Positions 47,309-57,475 of a stretch of 64,000 nt of DNA are shown piece by piece (position 1 is the first letter of the stretch; the number at the start of each line of letters is the position of its first letter). The DNA is taken from positions 448,001 to 512,000 of the forward strand of contig CAVXGK010000001.1 in the NCBI GenBank assembly GCA_963761305.1, in the 5' to 3' direction. The notes below the pieces were generated by a model. That model saw nothing but the letters and a program-made list of their open reading frames with translations, was not told the origin of the DNA and ran no database searches. The position numbers and the translations under genes are program-made. The DNA is from an uncultured Gemmatimonadaceae bacterium (GTDB lineage Bacteria > Gemmatimonadota > Gemmatimonadetes > Gemmatimonadales > Gemmatimonadaceae).

Positions 47309-48847
47309 ATGGAACACACGGACACGACCGTCACGCGACGGACGCTTCTGAAGAGCGGTCTCGCCGCCGCCGCCGGGCTCGCATTGCCGGGTGCCGCAGG
47401 CGGAGCGACCTCTTCCTCGCGCGAAACCATCGCGGAACCAGGCACGCCGCCCGAAAGCGTCATGCCGGCGCTCGTCTCTTACATGAGCGAGGCACAAACG
47501 CGCCCCCTGCCGGCCGAGACGGCGGAGCATACACGTCTGCACGTGCTCGACACGTTCGCCGCCATGGTCTCGGGGAGCGAACTCCCACCGGGCCGGGCCG
47601 CGCTTCGTTTCGTCGACGCGTACGATGCCGGCGGGGGCGGGGGGGGCGGGGGGGGCGGGGGCGGCGGCGGCGCCACGGTCGTGCGATCGAAGCGTCTCGC
47701 CGGTCCGATCGAAGCGGCGCTGGCCAACGCGATGATGGCCCACGCCGACGAGACCGACGACTCGCACGCGCCGTCGCAATCGCATCCGGGGTGTTCGATC
47801 GTGCCGGCGGCTCTTGCCGCCGCCGAGCGGTTCGAGACCGACGGCGCGCGTTTCCTGCGGGCCGTGGCGCTCGGCTACGACATCGGGACGCGGGTCAACA
47901 TGGCGCTGCGCGTCTCGAACTTCGAGGTCGCCTCGCATCTCAGCAGCCACGCCATGGCCGCGGTCTGGGGTTCGTCGGCGGCAGCCGGATGCGCGGCCGG
48001 CCTGTCGACTGAACAGCTACCGTGGCTTCTTGCCTACGCCGCCGACCAATCCAGCGGGCTGACTGTATGGCAGCGCGATTCCGACCACATTCAAAAGGCG
48101 TTCGCGTTCGCCGGCCTCGGCGCACGCAACGGCGTGACGGCGGCGATCGTCGTCCACGCCGGGTGGACCGGCGTGAACGACGTCCTCGCCGGCGCATACA
48201 ACTTCTTCAATGCGTACGCGCCCGCCTCCGGCCCCGACCTTGGGGTGCTCGTGGACAAGCTGGGAGAGCGCTATGAAGTCGTCCGAACGAACGTCAAGAA
48301 GTGGACGGTGGGCTCACCGATCCAGGCGCCGCTCGACGCCATCGAACGCATGCGACGGGATCATCCGTTCACGGCGGATCAAGTGCAGCGAGTCGTCGTG
48401 CGCACGGCGACGAGCGAGGCGAAGCTGGTGGACAACCGCGACATGCCGGACATCTGCATGCAGCACATGGTCGCGGTGATGCTGCTGGACAAGACGGCGT
48501 CGTTCGCGTCGGCGCACGACAAGCCACGAATGCAGGACCCGGCGGTCCTCGAGCAGCGGGCGAAAGTCACGCTCATCCAGGACGAGGAATTGGAGAAGCT
48601 GCTCCCGAAGCGAGTGGCGATCGTCGACGTCACGCTGACGGACGGGACCAAGCTGACACAACGAGTGGACGCCGTCCGAGGCACGGTGCAGAATCCGATG
48701 ACGCGGGCGGAGATCGTGGCCAAGGCGCGAGACCTCGTGGCGCCGGTGCTCGGTGCCGCTTCGGCGTCGCGCCTCATCGACAAGGTGCTCGCGCTCGACA
48801 CGGTGCGCGACATCCGCGAGCTCAGGCCGTTGCTACAGGGGGATTGA
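47309..48847 (+). CDS. MmgE/PrpD family protein with a Tat-like signal peptide
   Basis: TRRTLLK leader; AALANAMMAHADETDDSH, HPGCSIVPAALA, ARNGVTAA; 14-Gly insert. Confidence 0.9.
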   Translation: MEHTDTTVTRRTLLKSGLAAAAGLALPGAAGGATSSSRETIAEPGTPPESVMPALVSYMSEAQTRPLPAETAEHTRLHVLDTFAAMVSGSELPPGRAALRFVDAYDAGGGGGGGGGGGGGGATVVRSKRLAGPIEAALANAMMAHADETDDSHAPSQSHPGCSIVPAALAAAERFETDGARFLRAVALGYDIGTRVNMALRVSNFEVASHLSSHAMAAVWGSSAAAGCAAGLSTEQLPWLLAYAADQSSGLTVWQRDSDHIQKAFAFAGLGARNGVTAAIVVHAGWTGVNDVLAGAYNFFNAYAPASGPDLGVLVDKLGERYEVVRTNVKKWTVGSPIQAPLDAIERMRRDHPFTADQVQRVVVRTATSEAKLVDNRDMPDICMQHMVAVMLLDKTASFASAHDKPRMQDPAVLEQRAKVTLIQDEELEKLLPKRVAIVDVTLTDGTKLTQRVDAVRGTVQNPMTRAEIVAKARDLVAPVLGAASASRLIDKVLALDTVRDIRELRPLLQGD

Positions 48848-48888
48848 GCCGTCGGTTGTGATACTTCGTCTCGATCGTCCATGACTAA

Positions 48889-49917
48889 ATGCTCAATGGA
48901 CGAATGGCAGCGGGCCTCGTCGCCCTCGCACCAGCGCTGTGCAGCTGCGTGCCGACCCACTACTCGCCGGTGGCCGCATGTCCGACGCTCGCCGACGGCA
49001 CGCATCCGTCGAGCGGGTCGTTGCAGGTATTGCCATCCGAAGTTCCAGAGGTCCAACTCGACTCCATGCGTTGGTACGTACACACCGGCCACGAGGGAGA
49101 AGAGTTCGGGACCTGGACGTCCGTGTCGGCGCTCGGGCGAATCGTCAGCACGAAGGAGACGTCCCTCGTCGGTGTCGGTGTGCTGGTCGAAGGGATGCGG
49201 GACACCGTCGTCGTTCATCGCATGATCGACAGCAATTTCTACGACGTGCGACGCGTGCCGTGGTCCTCGCAAGCATACATGACGATCGGGCGCGAGACGG
49301 TGCGTCCGGATCGTCCAGTTCAAGTGCGGGCGGGCGAGAAGGATCTCAGTCGCTCGCCGCCGACCCGATGGGGGTGTCCGACACGCGCCCGCATCATTCG
49401 CCTCTCCCCGCCGGGCACGGCGCTTCGCGCGCCACGCCCTCCTGAAGACGAGCGGCCCGGCTCTGATTTCTACGCGTGGGACCCGTGGAGGTTCAGCGTA
49501 GACACGGCAATGCAGCAACGGTCGAGCCTCGCGCTGCTTCGCGGTCCTCGAGGAGACACGGCACGGACGGACGTGGTTGTCGTACGTTCGAAGTTCTTGT
49601 ATCGCCGGTTTGAAGCGAGCGGTATTCGGGCCGACTCGACGAGATTCACGACACTCGATGTCGGCGTATCCGGCGCCCAGATCGACTCGGCCGAGGCCCA
49701 CGCGAGACGGCTGGACGTGGAACGGGACCGTACGACACCGACGCCAACGCCGAACGCGGGCGAATCGATTCTCATGATCGGCTTGGGCGGTAGGCGCTAC
49801 GAATGGCGCTTTCCGACGGCGAGCCCGCCGTCTGACCTCGTCCCGATCGTTCGCGCCATGTCGCGAATCGGTGACCGGATGGCGCCGACGGCGCGCGGGT
49901 ACGCGCCGACCCCATGA
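48889..49917 (+). CDS. Hypothetical lipoprotein
   Basis: Lipobox-like LCSC; 342-aa ORF filling the gap between neighbours. Confidence 0.55.
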   Translation: MLNGRMAAGLVALAPALCSCVPTHYSPVAACPTLADGTHPSSGSLQVLPSEVPEVQLDSMRWYVHTGHEGEEFGTWTSVSALGRIVSTKETSLVGVGVLVEGMRDTVVVHRMIDSNFYDVRRVPWSSQAYMTIGRETVRPDRPVQVRAGEKDLSRSPPTRWGCPTRARIIRLSPPGTALRAPRPPEDERPGSDFYAWDPWRFSVDTAMQQRSSLALLRGPRGDTARTDVVVVRSKFLYRRFEASGIRADSTRFTTLDVGVSGAQIDSAEAHARRLDVERDRTTPTPTPNAGESILMIGLGGRRYEWRFPTASPPSDLVPIVRAMSRIGDRMAPTARGYAPTP

Positions 49918-50101
49918 GGATGAGGCGTGAGGCACGCCCATTCGCTCAATGCGACGTCGTAAGCCCCGTCACGAAGCAGGTCGCGATTCCGCGCAGGCGA
50001 CTGGGTACACACACAGCCGCTCGCACGAGGGTTGGATTCGTGATATACAATCCGTTGTCGGGCCCGGTCTTGGCGAATACCTTTCGGGGCCCGAGCGGCC
50101 T

Positions 50102-50812
50102 GTGCCAAGAGCAATAAGAACACCTGAAATCGCTGAGGGACCCAACGACCGGCAAGCCTCGGCGTTGGTCTCGTTGTTTCGGGCTATCGCGGCCGGCGAC
50201 ACCGCGCGAGTCTCGCGCCTGCTCCGAGCGTCGCCCGAGCTTGCCCGCCAGTCGATCCGCATTGGCGTCACGCGAGCCGACGCGGGGCGATGGTTCATCG
50301 CCGATGCCGGGCGATACATCCTGACCGGCGATACAGCGCTGCACTTCGCCGCGGCGTCGTTTCGTCCCGGTCTGTGCAAGAGACTTCTCGCGCTCGGCGC
50401 GGACGTGCACGCGAAGAATCGGCGCGGCGCCGAGGCGTTGCACGCGGCGGCGGCGGCCGCTCCAGGCTCGCGTCGGTGGAATCCACGGATGCAATCGAAG
50501 ACGATCGCACTGTTGATCGACGCCGGCGCCGACCCGAACTGCGTCGACGCCGAAGGCGCAACGCCACTGCACCGTGCGGTGCGAACCCGGTGCGCGGCCG
50601 CGGTTCGCGTTCTGCTCGAGCGGGGCGCGAATCCGCGGGCGAAGAACAAGGGCGGGTCGACGCCGGCGCGCCTGGCTGTATTGACCACCGGCCGAGGTGG
50701 ATCCGGAACGCCGGCGGCGAAGGCGCAGCAGGCGCTCATCGTCCGCTCGTTCCTGGATCGAGGCGTGCGCGTGCCCGCCTCGTCTTCCTTCATCGACCAA
50801 CTCGCCCCGTGA
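50102..50812 (+). CDS. Ankyrin-repeat protein
   Basis: GDTALHFAAA, GADVHAKNRRGAEALH, GATPLHRAV; start uncertain. Confidence 0.82.
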   Translation: MPRAIRTPEIAEGPNDRQASALVSLFRAIAAGDTARVSRLLRASPELARQSIRIGVTRADAGRWFIADAGRYILTGDTALHFAAASFRPGLCKRLLALGADVHAKNRRGAEALHAAAAAAPGSRRWNPRMQSKTIALLIDAGADPNCVDAEGATPLHRAVRTRCAAAVRVLLERGANPRAKNKGGSTPARLAVLTTGRGGSGTPAAKAQQALIVRSFLDRGVRVPASSSFIDQLAP

Positions 50813-51411
50813 TCCATCCTCGCCCCGTCGTGCTCGACGGCAACGGCATTCGACTCGAGCCGCTCACGCCGGATCATCGTGCTGGTCTCGCCACCGCCGC
50901 GACCGACGGCCGGCTGTGGGAGATCTGGTACACGTCGGTGCCGGCGCCCGATCAGGCGGCGGCGTACATCGAGAGTGCGCTCGCCGGGCAGCGCGACGGA
51001 CACATGCTGGCATGGGCGGTGCGCGACCTGCGAAGCGGCGAGATCATCGGCACGACGCGATATCACGACATCGTCGCTCCGATCGACCGGGTGGAGATCG
51101 GTTGGACGTGGTACGCGGCGCGGTATCAGCGCACGCACGTGAACACGACGTGCAAGCTGCTGCTTCTGACGCACGCGTTCGAGTCCTTGAAGTGCGCTGT
51201 CGTCGGTCTGAGAACCGACAACTTCAACTTCGCGTCACAGCGGGCGATCGAGCGCCTCGGGGCCAGGAAGGACGGCGTGCTTCGCCATCACATGGCGCGT
51301 CGCGACGGAACGGCGCGCGACACGCATCAGTACAGCATCATCGCGTCGGAGTGGACGGACGTGAAGCGCCACCTCGAGCTCCGGCTGGCCCGGAACGCGG
51401 CATCGACCTAG
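50809..51411 (+). CDS. GNAT acetyltransferase (RimJ/RimL-like)
   Basis: IRLEPL, RVEIGWTW, RTHVNTTCKLLLL.HAFE, NFASQRAIERLGA. Confidence 0.9.
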   Translation: MIHPRPVVLDGNGIRLEPLTPDHRAGLATAATDGRLWEIWYTSVPAPDQAAAYIESALAGQRDGHMLAWAVRDLRSGEIIGTTRYHDIVAPIDRVEIGWTWYAARYQRTHVNTTCKLLLLTHAFESLKCAVVGLRTDNFNFASQRAIERLGARKDGVLRHHMARRDGTARDTHQYSIIASEWTDVKRHLELRLARNAAST

Positions 51412-51889
51412 CCGCGGGTCTTCTCGGCAGCGAGAAGCTTGGCGACTTCGTCGCCGTGTCCTTCCGGCTTCACCTTTTCGAAGACCTTGGTCACCGTGCC
51501 GCGGGGATCAATGAGGAACGTCGTGCGCAAAATGCCCATGTACTTGCGCCCGTACAGCGACTTCTCGCCCCACACGCCGTACTTCACCGCAATCGCGTGG
51601 TCGACGTCGGCGATGAGGGTGTACGGAAGGTCGTACTTCTTCTTGAATTTCTGATGTGACTTCGGCGAGTCCGGGCTCACGCCGATCACCACTGCGTCGA
51701 GTCCCGTGAACCGAGGGAGGGTGTCGCGCAAGGAACACGCTTCAGTGGTGCACCCGGAGGTGTCGTCCTTGGGATAGAAAAACAGGACGACCGTTTTTCC
51801 GCGCAGCGACGAGAATTTGAGCGTCTCACCGGTATCGGTGGTGCCAGAGAAGTCGGGCGCCCGTCCGCCCTCGAGATCGCCGGGCGCGG

Positions 51890-51893
<4 letters not shown>
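51408..51893 (-). CDS. bcp: Thioredoxin-dependent peroxiredoxin Bcp
   Basis: FYPKDDTSGCTTEAC, GVSPDS, RTTFLID. Confidence 0.93.
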
Positions 51894-52810
<917 letters not shown>

Positions 52811-52851
52811 GCGCGGAAATTAACGCGCACCGGTAGCGGCGTTTGGGCTTC

Positions 52852-54390
52852 CTATGGGTTCTCCTTCCGCTCGGACGGGATCTTGACCTTTCCCGCCGCC
52901 CGGATCGCGACGGACCAGAGGAAATCCGTCTTGAGGAGCGGCACGCGCGTCGGTAATCCCGGCACCTTCTGGGTAAAGACGACCGTGTTGCCGGCGTATA
53001 CGTTCATGTCATTGCCGTAGAGCGCTCCGGTCGCGGCCACGGTGTCGGTGTCGGCTGACGGAGCAAGATAGAACGCGACGGACGCCCGGCGATGGCAGGC
53101 CATGCAATTCGTCGTCACGCCGGTCCACTGAATCGAGTCGGCGGCCTTCCCTCCCGGCTTGGGAAGCGAGCCGGACAAGCTCGACTCGAGGTACGGATTG
53201 TACGCGATGTTGGAGCCGCCGGTCGGCGTCAGCATCGAGTACGCCACCGTCATGTTGTAGTGATTCCACGGCGGTGGAATCGTCTTGGGCCGGTCGGCGC
53301 CGAACTGCGGGTCGTTCGGATTGTAGCCCCACCAGAACGACTGCCACGTCCAGTTCGGAATCTCCTTTCCCGTCGTGTGCATCGCCATCAGCAGGCCGAT
53401 GTTCCCCGGACGCACGGCCTGCAAGACGGCTTCCCAACTCGTGTCGTTCGCGACGCCGATGAAATCGCCGTTCGCCGCGCCGAACTGGCTGAAGTTGATC
53501 GAATCCTCCACCGTGATGCGTTGCCAGTAGAACGCCGAGAGCGGAACGACTTTGCACCACTTGTAGCCCTCGTCGTTCACGGGCAGCAGAATCGAATCGC
53601 CGGGCTGTAGCTTGCCCGTCGGATCCACCGCCACTGCCTGGCGCCACGTGGACGCGATCGGGTTCGCCGAGTCGGTCGTGGCGGCGCTGCTGTCGCCGTT
53701 CCAGTACGGGACTGCGGTGACTTCGCTCCCCGAGATGAACTGGTAGACGGGCTTGAGCACGAACGAGCTCGAGTCAGTCGAGTCTTTCGACGTCAGAATC
53801 GCGCGCGAGACGAGCGGCGTGTTGTTCTTCGTGAACGCCGCGTTCGTATCGGCGAGCGTCTGGGCGTAGTTCAGCCTGTTCTTCCAGATGAACTGCGCGG
53901 TCGACGCGGTGAAGCGGTTGAACGCGAAGACACGCTCCGCCGGATCGAACGGGATGCCGTTCGCCGCGCGCTTGGCGATCATCGACGGGTGCATCGCGTT
54001 GCGCCGAATCCCGAATTGCACGACACCGTGCTTCGCCCGCGCCAGCACGTGCGTCTCGTTCGTCTCCTCGAACAGCTCGTGGCCGGAGAACCAGGTCTGC
54101 CAGACCGGGCGATTGTAAGGCGTGGCCGAGGTGATCGATTGCCAGATGTCCCATCCGTGGAATCGAATGGCCTTGGTATTTCCGTTGGCGATCCAGTTCT
54201 GGATGATGGCGTTCTTCGACGGATAGGTCCGCACGCGCGGCGCCGGCACGTAGCTGTATGAATCGGCCGGCACGGCGGCGGCCTCCGACGCGGGCGGGGT
54301 CGCAGCCGAGCCGCGGTCGCACGCGGCGATGGCGACGACGAACAGCGAGAGTACGACGACGATGGGGAGTCCTGCGCGTCTGATGTTCAT
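52852..54390 (-). CDS. Large lipoprotein with a single C-terminal CxxCH (putative cytochrome c)
   Basis: IAAC lipobox; TNCMACH; Trp-rich motifs KEIPNWTWQSFWW and DFLWS. Confidence 0.75.
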   Translation of the reverse strand: MNIRRAGLPIVVVLSLFVVAIAACDRGSAATPPASEAAAVPADSYSYVPAPRVRTYPSKNAIIQNWIANGNTKAIRFHGWDIWQSITSATPYNRPVWQTWFSGHELFEETNETHVLARAKHGVVQFGIRRNAMHPSMIAKRAANGIPFDPAERVFAFNRFTASTAQFIWKNRLNYAQTLADTNAAFTKNNTPLVSRAILTSKDSTDSSSFVLKPVYQFISGSEVTAVPYWNGDSSAATTDSANPIASTWRQAVAVDPTGKLQPGDSILLPVNDEGYKWCKVVPLSAFYWQRITVEDSINFSQFGAANGDFIGVANDTSWEAVLQAVRPGNIGLLMAMHTTGKEIPNWTWQSFWWGYNPNDPQFGADRPKTIPPPWNHYNMTVAYSMLTPTGGSNIAYNPYLESSLSGSLPKPGGKAADSIQWTGVTTNCMACHRRASVAFYLAPSADTDTVAATGALYGNDMNVYAGNTVVFTQKVPGLPTRVPLLKTDFLWSVAIRAAGKVKIPSERKENP

Positions 54391-54391
54391 C

Positions 54392-54423
54392 GGTGGACCG
54401 GTGGACGGGTGGACGGGTGGACC
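54392..54423. repeat. 8-bp tandem repeat GGTGGAC(C/G) x4
   Basis: Directly visible; abuts the start codon at 54390. Confidence 0.85.
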
Positions 54424-54434
54424 GCGGATCGGTG

Positions 54435-56828
54435 CTACTTCAGACCGACTTGCTTCAGCAGGCGGGAAAAGCGCGGATCGTGGGCGATGAACGGGAAACT
54501 GTCGAAGTAGAGAAGCTGCGAGAGCTGCCCCTCGCCGGCTTTCACCGCATAGTCGATCCAGTGAAACGCGCGGTCGCCGTCGTGAAGACGATCGTAGATG
54601 CGCGCCGTGTAGACGCCGCAGACGGGACGCGTCTTGGAGATCGAATCGAGGCGGGTGCCGATTTCATAGGCGGACTTTCGGTCGCCGGTCACGGCGTACA
54701 CCTCGCCGAGATACGCGAGCACGAGCGTGCTCGACGGATTCAACTCGACGGCGCGTTTCGCCTCGGCGACTGCCTCGGCGGGCTGCCCGGCGTGGGCGAG
54801 CGCCACCGAGAGCCAGGCGTGAGGAAAATAGTATTCCGGATCCAGCGCGATCGCGGATCGCAGTGGAGCGATCGCGTCGGCGTAGTGTCCGGCTCCGACG
54901 CGAACCATCCCCACCGACTGCGCGATCGGCGGCGAGAGCGGGTCGAGATGCTGGGCCCGTTTCGCTTCCAGTTCCGCCCGTGCGGTGTCGGTGCGAATGA
55001 GCATCAGCGCATAGAAGTAGTGCGCCAGCGGGTACGACGGATCGAGCGCGATCGCGCGGTCGAACTCGGCGGCGGCGCCGGCGAAGTCCACGTCGTGCAG
55101 GAACCGTACGCTTCCGAGCGACGTATGCGCTTCGGCGAGCGACGAGTCGAGCGCGAGAGCGCGGCGCGCGGCCGCCTCGCCCTTGTCGAACGTCTCCCTC
55201 GGCGGCGCGTAGAGGTTCAGCGCCTCGAGGATGTAGACGTCGGCCAGTCCAGCCCAGGCGCGTGCGTACGCCGGGTCTCGATCGACCGCCTTGTGAAACC
55301 AGCTCGCCGCTTCGTCCAGCGACCGGGGTGTCCGCGTGTCGACGGCGTGTCGTCCGCGCATGTACATCTCGTAGGCCGCGACGTCTTCCGTGGAGCGTCG
55401 CACGATGGCGCGCTGCCCGCCTAGTTGCAGCTTGATCGCCGAGACGATTGCTTCGGCGATCTGCTCCTGCATGACGAACACGTCGCTCAGGTTCCGGTCG
55501 TACGTGTTGTTCCAAATGATGCCGCCGTTGGCGACGTTCACGAGATCGACCGACACGCGCACGTGGTCGCCCGCTTTGCGAACCGTACCCTCGAGCACCG
55601 CGTCGACGTCGAGCGCGTGGCCCATCTTCTTGATGTCGGTGCCCTGTGACTTCACGGCGTACGACGACGCGCGCGCAGCGACGCGAAGCTGCTTGAGCGC
55701 GGCGAGCGCGCCCATCAACTCGTCGGTCATGCCGGCGCTGAAGTACTCCTGATCCTTGTCGTTGCTCTCGTTCGTGAACGGCAGCACGGCGATCGATCGC
55801 GGCGGCGCGGCGGCGGCCGCCTTCGAGCGATAGTTCCGGGCCGCTTGGGTCGTCACGACCGCCGCGACGAAAATGGCCACGAACGCGGCGACGCGTCGCC
55901 TTCGTGCGCGCGTCTTCACCGCCGAGGACGACGCAGCGGTCGCCGACATCGGTGCCGTCGTCGACAGCGCGGGATCGCTCGAAACGGACGCTTGCCCCAG
56001 CGCCGCCGCGAACGCCGCCGCGGTCGGGAATCGGTCGTTGGGATTCTTCGCCAGCGCGCGCTGGACCACTGCGTCAAGGTCCGGAGAGACAGTCGACCGG
56101 AGCCGGCGCGCGCTCGGAACCGGATCGGTGAATCGCTTGGCGATCACTGCTTGAAGCGACTTGCCGACGTAGGGCGGCTCGCCGGTCAGCATCTCATATA
56201 AGACGGAGCCGAGGCTGTAGACGTCGGTGCGCGCGTCGAGGTGCTCGCCCGTGGACTGCTCGGGGCTCATGTAGAGCGCGGTGCCGACCGTGACACCCGT
56301 GCGCGTGAGCGACTCGGCGCCCGCCGCCGCTTCGGTACTCTTGGCCAGCCCGAAGTCGGTGACGACTGCGCTGCCGCCGCTGAACAGGATGTTTTCGGGC
56401 TTGATGTCGCGGTGAATGACGCCCTTTGCGTGGGCGTAGGCCAAGGCGCCGGCGACCTCGCCGGCGATTCGGATGGCCTCGTCGATCGGCAACGTGTGCT
56501 CCCGCTCGAGACGGTCGCGGAGCGAGTGCCCGTCGAGGACGGGCATGGCGAACCAGAGCGCGCCGTCGTGCTCGCCCGAGTCCAGCAGCGGCACGATGTG
56601 CGGGTGCGTCAGCTTGGCCGCGACGGCGATCTCGCGCTGGAAGCGATCCGTCCCGACGCCGTGCGAGATCTCCGGACTGATTACTTTGATCGCGACGTCG
56701 CGATGGTAGCGCTCGTCCCGGGCGAGGTAGACCGTCGCCATACCGCCATGCCCGAGCTCACGTCCGAGGACGTATCGCTCCGAGAAGTAGTCCGGGACCG
56801 GCCCGCCCTCGTCGGCGTGGTCGATCAT
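54435..56828 (-). CDS. Ser/Thr protein kinase with TM segment, TolB-like domain and TPR repeats
   Basis: LGHGGMATVY, VAIK, HRDIKPEN, DFG, YMSPE, SIAVLPF, TPR-like helices. Confidence 0.93.
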   Translation of the reverse strand: MIDHADEGGPVPDYFSERYVLGRELGHGGMATVYLARDERYHRDVAIKVISPEISHGVGTDRFQREIAVAAKLTHPHIVPLLDSGEHDGALWFAMPVLDGHSLRDRLEREHTLPIDEAIRIAGEVAGALAYAHAKGVIHRDIKPENILFSGGSAVVTDFGLAKSTEAAAGAESLTRTGVTVGTALYMSPEQSTGEHLDARTDVYSLGSVLYEMLTGEPPYVGKSLQAVIAKRFTDPVPSARRLRSTVSPDLDAVVQRALAKNPNDRFPTAAAFAAALGQASVSSDPALSTTAPMSATAASSSAVKTRARRRRVAAFVAIFVAAVVTTQAARNYRSKAAAAAPPRSIAVLPFTNESNDKDQEYFSAGMTDELMGALAALKQLRVAARASSYAVKSQGTDIKKMGHALDVDAVLEGTVRKAGDHVRVSVDLVNVANGGIIWNNTYDRNLSDVFVMQEQIAEAIVSAIKLQLGGQRAIVRRSTEDVAAYEMYMRGRHAVDTRTPRSLDEAASWFHKAVDRDPAYARAWAGLADVYILEALNLYAPPRETFDKGEAAARRALALDSSLAEAHTSLGSVRFLHDVDFAGAAAEFDRAIALDPSYPLAHYFYALMLIRTDTARAELEAKRAQHLDPLSPPIAQSVGMVRVGAGHYADAIAPLRSAIALDPEYYFPHAWLSVALAHAGQPAEAVAEAKRAVELNPSSTLVLAYLGEVYAVTGDRKSAYEIGTRLDSISKTRPVCGVYTARIYDRLHDGDRAFHWIDYAVKAGEGQLSQLLYFDSFPFIAHDPRFSRLLKQVGLK

Positions 56829-57241
56829 GCCTTCGCCGGACCCGGCGAGTATCCGTGAATCTCGACCTCCCCGCGATTGGTCGGCGACGGCAAGTCGGCG
56901 GCGTGGAGCGTGACGATCAGCCTGGCGTCGGGCGGCATGGGAAGCCAGAACGCCTGCGAGTTGCAGATGACGCTCGACCCAGTCGGGTCACCGGCGATCA
57001 TCAGCGAAAAGAAATCCCGCTGGCCCGACGCCGCCTCCGACGCCACGTGCCAATAGGCCAGCGGCGAGTTCTTTCCGGACAATGCGGCCCACGCGAAAAC
57101 GAGAATGTTCGTCGCCGTCGAGGGGACCACCGCCGTCGGAATCGGGAGCGCGACGGTCTTGATGCGAAACGGGAGGGGGCCCAGGATGGCGGCGGGGATC
57201 TTGTTCGGCTCGACCGGAATCCAGGAGGAGGGAGACGCCAA
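56825..57241 (-). CDS. Hypothetical protein
   Basis: Globular beta-rich ORF with its stop overlapping the kinase ATG; start uncertain (TTG 57241). Confidence 0.55.
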   Translation of the reverse strand: MASPSSWIPVEPNKIPAAILGPLPFRIKTVALPIPTAVVPSTATNILVFAWAALSGKNSPLAYWHVASEAASGQRDFFSLMIAGDPTGSSVICNSQAFWLPMPPDARLIVTLHAADLPSPTNRGEVEIHGYSPGPAKA

Positions 57242-57269
57242 GCGGGACTCGGAGAGGCGGAGGGATGAA

Positions 57270-57457
57270 GACAAAGAGCGAAGGTGACAAACACCGAAGG
57301 TAACAAAACGCGAAACTAACAAACAGCGAAGCTAACAAACAGCGAAGCTAACAAACAGCGAAGCTAACAAACAGCGAAACTAACAAACAAAGGAACTAAC
57401 AAACAAAGAAACTAACAAACAAAGAAACTAACAAACAGCGACACTAACAAACAGCGA
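57270..57457. repeat. 16-bp VNTR, consensus AACAAACAGCGAA(G/A)CT, about 12 copies
   Basis: Contiguous units with no spacers, just downstream of hslU. Confidence 0.95.
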
Positions 57458-57475
57458 GAAGAGCGATCTGGAGTT

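Noticed and set aside
49914..50117. 67-aa ORF between the lipoprotein and ankyrin genes
   Set aside because: No recognisable motif, and it overlaps possible starts of the ankyrin gene.
57270..57457. 16-bp repeats as a CRISPR array or iterons
   Set aside because: No spacers, units too short for CRISPR, and no rep gene; the context is core chromosome.
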